A DNA stretch of 64,000 nucleotides. It comes from a virus. Lineage: Duplodnaviria > Heunggongvirae > Uroviricota > Caudoviricetes. The notes under the pieces were generated by a model. That model saw only the letters and a program-made list of their open reading frames with translations. It ran no database searches and was not told where the DNA came from. Of this stretch, positions 36,370 through 45,100 are shown one piece after another. Position numbers and translations under genes: made by a program. The stretch spans positions 64,001 to 128,000 of IMG/VR virus record IMGVR_UViG_3300012007_000010. One strand, given 5' to 3'. The stretch's first letter is position 1. Every line of letters starts with the position of its first letter.

Positions 36370-37317
36370 ATGGCATACAAATTTTCAGAACTGAACAAAC
36401 TGGGCGACAAGTTTATGGCGGTGTTCGGCATCGGCTTCAAGCCGTTCTACGACGGACTGATGTCGGTTGTCTCTAAGCAGCTGTGCATCGACATCATGAA
36501 GTTCGACGAGTGGCTGCACGAGAAGCACGGAGACTATGAGGATGCAGGTCAGAGCATGGATGACTGTATCCGTGAGCACTATGGCGACGAAGGAGCGAGG
36601 CTGATAAACGAAGTGATTGGCATGGACGGCGATGATGTTCCGCCTGAACCTGAGCCGGAGGAGCCGAAGAGAAAGCCCAAGGCCAAGGCGAAAGGCAAGG
36701 CTAAGACGAAGCCCGTGGATGATCAGAGAGCATTTAACAACAGGATTGCACTGTCGCTGCTGCGGCAGTGTGCATGGATGTGGGAACACTGCATGCGGAG
36801 CAACAACGAGGGCTCGTTCACGATGAAGGACGTGCGGATGGGTTTGCTCCATCTTGACCGCTATAAGAGTCCTGCGGGGGTTATCATGTTCGACCTTTGC
36901 AGCTGCGAATACTGGGATGTGTTCGACCGACAGGACATCGAGGGCGTGAGCTACGATGCAAAGAATGAGAGGATGAGTATGTTCCTGTCCCACGACCCGC
37001 AGGGCGACCAGACGCTGGGATTCGGATGCAGTTTCGAGGCGAAGGATGTTTTTGACGTGACGGATCAGGTGTGTAGCCCGAGCCTGTTGCAGAAGGTGCG
37101 CTTCTGCTATAAGGACGGCGAGCGGTGGACGGACATCCCCGACATCGACGTGAAGCCTGTGAAGAATAAGGCGACTACGAAAAAAGCAAGACCCAAGGCG
37201 AAGGCTGCCAAGGAGGCGAGGGCTGCGGAGATACCGCAGCAGACGGAACAGGCGGAGCCGACGTTTGCGGAGCGGCTGCGAGAGGCGCTGCTGAAGCACT
37301 ATAAGGCAGCGGCATGA
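36370..37317 (+). CDS. Hypothetical two-domain protein, ends -KAAA
   Basis: GGAGG-N7-ATG. Confidence 0.75.
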   Translation: MAYKFSELNKLGDKFMAVFGIGFKPFYDGLMSVVSKQLCIDIMKFDEWLHEKHGDYEDAGQSMDDCIREHYGDEGARLINEVIGMDGDDVPPEPEPEEPKRKPKAKAKGKAKTKPVDDQRAFNNRIALSLLRQCAWMWEHCMRSNNEGSFTMKDVRMGLLHLDRYKSPAGVIMFDLCSCEYWDVFDRQDIEGVSYDAKNERMSMFLSHDPQGDQTLGFGCSFEAKDVFDVTDQVCSPSLLQKVRFCYKDGERWTDIPDIDVKPVKNKATTKKARPKAKAAKEARAAEIPQQTEQAEPTFAERLREALLKHYKAAA

Positions 37318-37331
37318 GTCTTAAATGAAGA

Positions 37332-37574
37332 ATGAATAAAACAGTAACGACTATGGATTACGGCTATAAGGAAACGGTGCGCTACGGCGTTAGCGCATAC
37401 TCCTTCCTGATACTGGGACAGGAGATGGACGGGGCCTCGTTTGTGGAGGTCATCAAGAAACGCTACGATATGAGCAACCCACGGACAAAGGCTGTCGTGG
37501 GCGCTCTTGAAAGACATCTTGTAAGAATCAAGGTAAGGCGTGACGGAAAGACGGAGTATCAAGTAAAACCCTAA
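37332..37574 (+). CDS. Hypothetical protein
   Basis: 80 aa. Confidence 0.6.
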   Translation: MNKTVTTMDYGYKETVRYGVSAYSFLILGQEMDGASFVEVIKKRYDMSNPRTKAVVGALERHLVRIKVRRDGKTEYQVKP

Positions 37575-37579
37575 CGACT

Positions 37580-38998
37580 ATGAACTATTTCGAGCATTGT
37601 ATGACCCACGAGCAGCTGGAGCAGGAGCACCGGCGGCTTGTAATAAAGATGCACCCTGACAGGAATCCTAACGACCCGGAGGCTACGGCTAAGTTCCAGG
37701 AGATGCAGCAGCAGTATGAGGAACGCAAAGCCGAGCTGAACGGCGACTATACCAAGTCGGCAAGAGGGCGCGAGCGGAGAGAGCGGGAACGTCGGGAGCG
37801 TGAGGAACGGGAACGCAAGGAGCGCGAACGAAACCGGCTGGCAGAGGTGCTGGAGCAGGCACGGCTGAACAAGCAGAAACGGCACACGGAGCTGAAGAAG
37901 GGCGACTTCGTGTATGCTCAGATGGTGCCGAATGTGGGCGGCACGCCTAACGGCTGGGCTGACATGACAGTAGAGGACATCCTGCGGGTGTCACTGAAGG
38001 ACGACATGAACGGCGAGACGGTGGTGATGGTGGAAGAGATTATCGAGTGCCAGGACTACGACATGATGAACTGTTCGTTGAGCAAGCTGATGGGCAGCAC
38101 GGAGACAGGGCGTATCTATGGCGGCTGGGAGACGATACAGAGTGCCGACCCCGCTAACGGCATCCGCAAGGCAAAGCGCGTGGCGAAGGTGGTGATGTTC
38201 CGCTCGACAGACTACTGCGCCTTCGGCAATCCGCAGGGCGACCCCTTTGTCAGCGACTACTATATGCGTCCCGACTTCGGTACGATGTACTCCGACCACC
38301 TGCACCGCATCTACCAGCGTATGCGGCAGGAGGAAGAAAATAAGGCTCGCATCGAGGCGGAGCGCAAGGCTCGCATCGAGGCGGAGCAAAGGCCGCTGAT
38401 AGACGAGTGGGTGCCGAAGCTGATTACTATCAGCCGGGGACTGACCGACGCGGAGCAGCAGACGGTGGCAGTCTCTAACCTGAAGACGGTGCTGAAGAGG
38501 AAGTTCCCTGGGGTGACGTTCACCATCAAGACCAACCGCCACGGCGAGACATCGGTGACATGGGAGGACGGGCCGACGGTGACGGAGGTGATAACGGTAG
38601 CCGACCTGTTCAACGACTGGCTACAGCTGACGGAGCCTACACCCTGGCAGGAGCGCTTCGGACGGGTGACGGTCAACGCTGCCGACTTCAACCGCAAGAT
38701 GAACGTGCTGACGAAGGCTCGCATCCTGCAGCAGTTGGGCGGCGTGACGGAGGCGTTCAGCCAGGGCGACATCGACGACGAGGTGACAGTCAGTGACGAA
38801 GACTGGACAATGCTGCACCTGATGGTGGGTGTGAGTGTCGGCGACAAGGACGCTACGCTGTGCCGCTGCCACGATCAGGCTGACGGCACACGGCGGGTGC
38901 ATATCGGCACGGCAGTCCGCTATGTGTTTGAGCATACAAGCTATGTGAAGGCGAAGGTCACACGGAAATCACAGAAAGCACAGAAGCAGGCGGCGTGA
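37580..38998 (+). CDS. J-domain protein with LPD29-like C-terminal domain, ends -QAA
   Basis: KMHPDRNP J-domain; NLKTVLKRKFPGVTF...VTWEDGPT resembles LPD29. Confidence 0.75.
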   Translation: MNYFEHCMTHEQLEQEHRRLVIKMHPDRNPNDPEATAKFQEMQQQYEERKAELNGDYTKSARGRERRERERREREERERKERERNRLAEVLEQARLNKQKRHTELKKGDFVYAQMVPNVGGTPNGWADMTVEDILRVSLKDDMNGETVVMVEEIIECQDYDMMNCSLSKLMGSTETGRIYGGWETIQSADPANGIRKAKRVAKVVMFRSTDYCAFGNPQGDPFVSDYYMRPDFGTMYSDHLHRIYQRMRQEEENKARIEAERKARIEAEQRPLIDEWVPKLITISRGLTDAEQQTVAVSNLKTVLKRKFPGVTFTIKTNRHGETSVTWEDGPTVTEVITVADLFNDWLQLTEPTPWQERFGRVTVNAADFNRKMNVLTKARILQQLGGVTEAFSQGDIDDEVTVSDEDWTMLHLMVGVSVGDKDATLCRCHDQADGTRRVHIGTAVRYVFEHTSYVKAKVTRKSQKAQKQAA

Positions 38999-39032
38999 TT
39001 GGATTTTATAACGACAACGAATTAAACGAACT

Positions 39033-39299
39033 ATGGAAAAGAAGAAACTGAACGTGGTAATCAGCGGGTGCTTCACGGAGAGTGCCATCGGACATTACGG
39101 AAGGACGGCAGCGCGTGAGGCCATCATCGGCATGGGCTGCAACGTGAAGAGCGAACTGAACAAATTGACGGACTATCTGGTAGTAGGCACGGCCAACGTA
39201 CCGGGGCGAGGCGTGGGGCCGGCAAAGTTGAAGCAGGCCAAGGCACTCGACATCCCCGTGGTGACGCTCGACGAACTGAAGCGCCGCCTGGCGGCGTAG
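39033..39299 (+). CDS. Stand-alone BRCT domain protein, ends -LAA
   Basis: VVISG...GRTAAREAII..G..V...LNKLTDYLVVG...GPAKLKQAKALDIPVV, like the NAD+-ligase BRCT. Confidence 0.8.
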   Translation: MEKKKLNVVISGCFTESAIGHYGRTAAREAIIGMGCNVKSELNKLTDYLVVGTANVPGRGVGPAKLKQAKALDIPVVTLDELKRRLAA

Positions 39300-39363
39300 G
39301 ATTTTTGGGGTCGCCTGTCGGCGAGAAATTAACAGAAAATTTAATTAAAAATTATTTGAGACT

Positions 39364-39516
39364 ATGGCAAGTAAAGTTGAAAGAGTTCAAATCGGTGTGA
39401 GAACCGAGAATTACAAGGAGTCGTATTTCTTCTACGACAAGTCTATCCTCGAAGCCTTGCAGGAGGCTAACGAGAAGAACATGTTCAAGATGGCCTGCAA
39501 GAAGAGCCACGAGTAG
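39364..39516 (+). CDS. Small hypothetical protein (50 aa)
   Basis: ACTATG start; MASKVERVQIG... Confidence 0.55.
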   Translation: MASKVERVQIGVRTENYKESYFFYDKSILEALQEANEKNMFKMACKKSHE

Positions 39517-39519
39517 CAC

Positions 39520-39884
39520 ATGAGTATAAGTGTGGTTGTTGAAGGTGTGGAACTGGAGTCGGACAGATATGTCTATGACCGCAAACTACTGAACGACCTC
39601 TTGTCTGTAGAAGGTGTGATGCTGACCCGTGTGCTGAACGTGCTCAGTGCGTTGCGCTATCTGCTGGACCATCCTGAAATGGAGATAGAGGATTTTGAGA
39701 ATGTGGTGAGAGCCCGCGACTTGCTAAAGGCATCGAAATGCGATACGCAGAATACATAGATGCAGACATGCGGGAACTGCTCGACGCACTCGGCAAGTGC
39801 ATCGTGCCTAACCACAAGGCGGTGTGGCGCACTAACTACCACACACCCTACTACTCACGGGGCCGCTACAAACGGGTGGCCTGA
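39520..39884 (+). pseudogene. Hypothetical gene, apparently frameshifted near 39720 (or two overlapping ORFs 39520-39759 and 39738-39884)
   Basis: Gene-like codons continue in the -1 frame after ...RARD. Confidence 0.4.
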
Positions 39885-39903
39885 AAATTTTTTCCGCAAA
39901 AAG

Positions 39904-39935
39904 TTTGCAGGGATGGAATAAAGTTCTTATCTTTG
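39904..39935 (+). promoter_or_regulatory. Sigma-A promoter for C4-like locus
   Basis: TTTG-N20-TATCTTTG. Confidence 0.75.
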
Positions 39936-40033
39936 CAGCGTCAAATTCTACTTGCGGCATGAAGAGAGCCGCGCCGAGCGGCATTTTTTGTGCCCGTACC
40001 GTGGAGGTACATTTATATTAAACAAAGAAACAG

Positions 40034-40107
40034 ACTGCACCGGGTGGGGTATCGGACAACGACCCCAAGGTCTTCGCAAGTAGAAACCTGACAGCCCGTA
40101 GTGCAGT
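40034..40107 (+). ncRNA. C4/CI-like antisense RNA
   Basis: ACTGCAC/GTGCAGT closing stem, two inner hairpins; loop CGCAAGTAGAA complementary to targets at 39946 and 40123. Confidence 0.65.
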
Positions 40108-40135
40108 TTTTAATTGTCAAAATTCTACTTGTATT

Positions 40136-40435
40136 ATGAGCAACATGAAGAAGATGCTGGAAAGCCAGCAGAAGGTGAGCGAGGCGGTGAAGGCCATCAC
40201 CAACTATTTTGAGGACAGCTCGTATGAGACCGACCTGGAGCTGATGCTTGACGCCACGACGCAGATTGTCGGGCTGATGGAGCTTGCCAAGCAGCAGATG
40301 GTCGTCACGCACGGCATGGACGAACTGGTGTTCAAGACCGACGAGATCACAATATTCCTGCGCGTGGTGAACGAGCACCTGAAGATGCTCCGTCCGTTTG
40401 CCATGATGACGGAAGGAAAGGAGGTGGAGCTATGA
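40136..40435 (+). CDS. Hypothetical helical protein (first gene under C4-like control)
   Basis: 99 aa; start overlapped by antisense target. Confidence 0.7.
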   Translation: MSNMKKMLESQQKVSEAVKAITNYFEDSSYETDLELMLDATTQIVGLMELAKQQMVVTHGMDELVFKTDEITIFLRVVNEHLKMLRPFAMMTEGKEVEL

Positions 40436-40830
40436 GCAATACACGTATCTACCGCCTGAATCTGATGGGCTGGCGTCTCTATCTGTCCAACTGCCGCATG
40501 AAGAAGATGAACCCCTCTGCCGTCGCCCGCCACAAGGGATTCTACTCAGCTGCCATGAAGTCGAAGAAGAAGCGTATGTTTGCCGTCAGCGGCGGCACCT
40601 GCAACATCTGCGGGCGACAGATGTCGCAGGACGATCTGCAGCTGCACCACATCCTGCCCTACTCCGAGTTCCCTCAGTACGGCATGAACCCCTCGAACCT
40701 GGAAATGGTGTGCGACGAGTGTCACCACGCCATCCACATGAACCCCTACGAGAACCTGCGCCGCATGGAGCAGAAGGCCCGCGAGCTGGGCTTCGACCTG
40801 CGGGAGTATTACATGAAAGAGAAGAAATAA
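40432..40830 (+). CDS. HNH endonuclease
   Basis: CNICG...LQLHHILP...NPSNLEMVCDECHHAIH. Confidence 0.9.
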   Translation: MSNTRIYRLNLMGWRLYLSNCRMKKMNPSAVARHKGFYSAAMKSKKKRMFAVSGGTCNICGRQMSQDDLQLHHILPYSEFPQYGMNPSNLEMVCDECHHAIHMNPYENLRRMEQKARELGFDLREYYMKEKK

Positions 40831-40845
40831 AAAATCTATCCGCTT

Positions 40846-41961
40846 ATGCTACGCGCTTATAAATACCGCATCTATCCCACCGACGAGCAGAAACAGATGC
40901 TCGCCAAGACCTTCGGCTGCTGCCGCTATGTGTATAACTGGGCGCTGAGGAAAAGAGAAAGTGTCTGGAAAAAGGAACATCGACGGATACAGGAAGCAGA
41001 AATGAAAAGACTGATAGTCTCAGAATTGAAACATGGGAAAGCAAAATGGCTGTTAGAGGTAAGCGACAGCGCTGTTAGTTTCGCTATCGACAATCTTTAT
41101 GAGGCGTATGACAGGTATTTCGATAAGAAGGCAAACCTGCCGAAGTTTCATGTAAAGGAATCGCATCAAAGTTTTCGAGACCGAAGGAAGAAAAACAGAC
41201 GGAATATTCGTGTGGATTTTAAGAAATCGACACTAACAATTCCGAGGATTAAAAAAATTCCATGCCGATTCCATCGCGAATTTGATGGCGAAATAAGACA
41301 AGTTCACGTATCGAAGACGGCCTCTGGCAAATACTTTGCGAGTCTGTTGGTTGAAACGGGAGAACCATTGCCTATTGTTCCGCAGATTGACGCGGAAAGT
41401 ACGATAGGAATAGATACAGGCATTCATACCTATGCAACGCTTTCAGACGGCGAAGTTTTTGATAAACCTCCACGAAACAAAAAGGAATATCGAAGAATCA
41501 AGATATTGGAACGTCGAATGCAAAAGATGACAATTGGTAGCCGTAAATATAACATTTTGAAACGTCGGCGTGCTGCATTGTATGAGAAAGATACTAATCG
41601 CAGACATGATTACATTCATAAGAAAACGCATTATCTTGCATACGAAAAAGAGGCCAGTGCATATAGCGTGGAAACTTTGTGTGTTAAAGAAATGACAAAA
41701 AATGAGCGGATTTCAAAGCAGGTTAGGTATAATTATTTTCAAGGGTTCTATAGGCAATTGGAATATAAATGTGCGTGGAACGGGAAGCGTCTCTTGAAGA
41801 TTGATCGCTATGCCCCATCATCAAAAATATGTAGCGTTTGCGGTTATGTAAATCCAAATGTCAAATGGGGTATGTATAAGTGGGTATGTCCTGCTTGCGG
41901 TACACAACATGACCGTGATTTGAATGCGGCTATGAATATAAAAGCCATTAGTCTTGGTTAA
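40846..41961 (+). CDS. tnpB: IS200/IS605-family RNA-guided nuclease TnpB
   Basis: MLRAYKYRIYPT HTH; RuvC D (GIDTG), E (SVETL), D (HDRDLNAA); CxxC/CxxC zinc finger. Confidence 0.95.
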   Translation: MLRAYKYRIYPTDEQKQMLAKTFGCCRYVYNWALRKRESVWKKEHRRIQEAEMKRLIVSELKHGKAKWLLEVSDSAVSFAIDNLYEAYDRYFDKKANLPKFHVKESHQSFRDRRKKNRRNIRVDFKKSTLTIPRIKKIPCRFHREFDGEIRQVHVSKTASGKYFASLLVETGEPLPIVPQIDAESTIGIDTGIHTYATLSDGEVFDKPPRNKKEYRRIKILERRMQKMTIGSRKYNILKRRRAALYEKDTNRRHDYIHKKTHYLAYEKEASAYSVETLCVKEMTKNERISKQVRYNYFQGFYRQLEYKCAWNGKRLLKIDRYAPSSKICSVCGYVNPNVKWGMYKWVCPACGTQHDRDLNAAMNIKAISLG

Positions 41962-42123
41962 AAAGACTCTACCTTTGGGGCGAAGGGAAGTAATGTCCGT
42001 GGAGATTGGGGTATCGGTCACCAGCCGTTGCGCTTAACAAAGTAAAACGGAATGTCTATGAAGCGGAAAGACAAAGAGGATTTTCCTCGATGTTGTAGCT
42101 CACTTTGGAGACTCTAAGTTCAA
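41962..42123 (+). mobile_element. TnpB omega-RNA scaffold / IS605 right end and probable guide
   Basis: GAGGATTTTCCTC hairpin then GTAGCTCAC ending at 42103, typical of IS605 right ends; guide would begin TTTGGAGACTCTAAG. Confidence 0.6.
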
Positions 42124-42188
42124 GTTTCACAGGTTCATATTTGTGGGACTTGAACTTAAATTTTATTATGAATTTAAATTTTACAACA

Positions 42189-45100
42189 ATGAGTAAATTA
42201 CAAAGACTGCGCGACAACATAGCCGCGCTAAAACATGCACTGTCTTCATGCAGCGAGTACGACAACACTATCTTGAACAAGTATAGTGGCTTTGGTGGGA
42301 TGACATTTGTGCTGAACCCGCTGGAGCCGACGGCGTGGAGCAAGAGCGACATGGTGTACTATCAGGACACCGTGCGGCTGCACGAGCTGCTGAGAGAGGA
42401 AGCAGGGAGCGACAAGGAGTATCAGGCGTGGGTGGAGAGTCTGAAGGCGAGCACGCTGACGGCTTACTATACGCCACGGGAGATTGCGGAAGCCATCTTC
42501 AAGGCTATCTACTGCCACGGCGAGAAGACATTCTATGCCAAGCGCTTCCTGCCTAAGACGATGCTCGACCCTGCGGCTGGCATGGCGGTGTTCGGACGCG
42601 CCGCCATGCTCAGTTCGGCAGGCAGCCGTCAGCCGGACGTGACGATGTATGAGAAGGACTTGCTGACGGGGCTGCTTCTCAAACGAATGTACCCTTGGGC
42701 TGAGATTTATAACAAGGGCTTCGAGACTATCCCGGCTTCGGAGCTGGGCAAGTATGACCTGGTGAGCACGAATGTTCCGTTTGGGGATGTGCGCATTTTC
42801 GACCCGGAGTATAGCAACTCGAAGAGCCAGGTACGCAGGGAGGCGGCGAAGATGATTCACCGCTACTATGTGCTGAAAGGACTGGACTGCCTGCGAGAGG
42901 GTGGTGTACTGGCGTATATCATCACGAGTAACTACCTGAACCGTGACGGTGAGCAGTTGGGCGAGGCACTGAAGCAGGCACGACTCATCGGGGCGTATCG
43001 GTTGGCGAACAATCTCTTCAAGGAGAGTGGTACCGAAGTAGGTACCGACCTCTTAGTGATGCAGAAGGACTCGAAGCGAGGCGAGCTGACCGAGGAAGAG
43101 ACGATGCTGCTGACGCAGTATGAGGACGGGGGATGCCCGACGAATATGTACTTCGATATGTGGCCGGAGCGGGTGATTGCTACGGCGTGGACGGTTGATA
43201 CGGATGCCTATGGGAAGCGGGCGTTTGTGTATAAGCACCGCGACGGGGTGCAGGGGATTGCACGGCAGCTGGGCGAGGTGCTGAGCAGGGATCTGAAGGA
43301 ATACCTCACCCCCGACCCCTCTCCGAAGGGCGAGGGGAACTTTGAGGGCGAGGGGAGTGACGATCAAAAAGGCAAGGCGAAGGAGAGGGAAGATAGTGAC
43401 CCCACCCCTGGCCCCTCCCCTACAGGGGCGGGGAGCGGCTACCGCAAGAGCGAGAAGAAGCAGGAACCAAGGATGACGGAGAAGCAGAAGGCTATCATCG
43501 CTATACACAAGGCTTACACTGCACTTTACGAATACGAGGCCAAGGAGATGACTGAGGGTGTGGAATTGCGCAAGGAGCTGAACCGACTGTATGATGCTTT
43601 CGTTGCTGAGTATGGCCCGCTGAACTATGCCCCGAACCTCGGTGACGTGAAAAAGGTGGCAAAGGAACTGCGCTCGTTGGAGTATCGCTCTACTGAGAAC
43701 GGACGTTGGACGAAGGCTGACATCTTCGACAGACCAGTGGCATTCTCGACTGACGAGATGCACAGCGTGACAGATGCTCACGAGGCGCTGGCGCAGTCGC
43801 TGAATGACTATGGCAAGCCCGATGTGCGCTATATGGCGGCACTGACGGGGAAGAGCGAGGAGGAAATCTGCGACGAGCTGGACGGGGAAATTTACTATAA
43901 TCCTCTGAGTGATGAGTGGGAGATTAAGGCGAGGTTCATCTCAGGGAATGTGATTGAGAAGATAGAGCGCATTGAAGCGCTGGTTTCAAGTTTCAATTTT
44001 CAAGTTTCTGGTGACGAACCTGGCGCAAAGGACTTGAAACCTGAAACTCGGAACTTGAAACTGGCGAGAGCGCAGAAGGCGCTCGCTGCCCTGCAGGCCG
44101 CCGTCCCTGAGCCTATCCCCTTCGACGAGCTGGACTTCAACTTGGGTGAGCGATGGGTGGACACGAAGATTTACGAGGACTTTGCCAGTGAGTTCTTCTC
44201 GATGGCTGGCAATGACTACGGCGCAAAGGTGGAGGTGACGGTGAAGTATGACCGTAACCTGGACCAGTATGCCTGCGACAACGACCGGGGCAACGAGAAA
44301 ATATATACGCAGTATGCCGTGAGCAGCGAGGCGAGCCAGTCGCTCGACGGTATGGATCTGCTGCAGCACGCACTGCAGAACAGCTGCCCGAAGATGATGA
44401 AGTATCGCCGCGACGAGATGGGGCGCAAGATTCAGCAGGGCAAGAGCTATGCCAAGGACGAGGATCCGGAGGCTACTCAAAAAGCTAACACGCTCATTGA
44501 GGAAATCCGACAGGGCTATCAGGACTGGCTCTTGCGACAGCCGAAGACGCTGCGCGACGGGCTGGCTGATAAATACAACCGATTGTTCAACTGTCATGTG
44601 AAACCGCAGTTCGACGGTTCACACCAACGATTCCCTGGCATCGACTGGGCAGGACTGGAGCAGAAGTACGGCATACCGCAGCCGGTGTATAAGGACGGCA
44701 AGAAGGTGAGCGGCGGCCTGTATAAGAGTCAGGAGGACTGTATCTGGATGCTGGTGATTAACGGCGGTGGCATCTGCGACCACGAGGTAGGCAGCGGCAA
44801 GACGCTCATTATGTGTCTCGCTGCTCACGAGATGAAGCGGTTGGGCTTCTGCCACAAGCCGATGATCATCGGACTGAAAGCCAACGTGGCTGCCATTGCC
44901 GAGACTTACATGACGGCTTATCCCAAGGCTCGTGTGCTCTACGCCAAGCACGCCGACTACAGCGGAAAGGAGCGTGAGAACTTCTTCAATCGCATGAAGA
45001 ATAACGACTGGGACGTAGTGATTATGAGCCACGACCAGTTCGGCTTCATCCCGCAGTCGGACGAGGTACAGGCCGATGTCATCCGTGAGGAGCTGAACCA

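Noticed and set aside
42105-42188. TTG start for the DarB-like ORF
   Set aside because: Falls in the TnpB guide/leader; ATG 42189 has an A-rich Bacteroidota-type context
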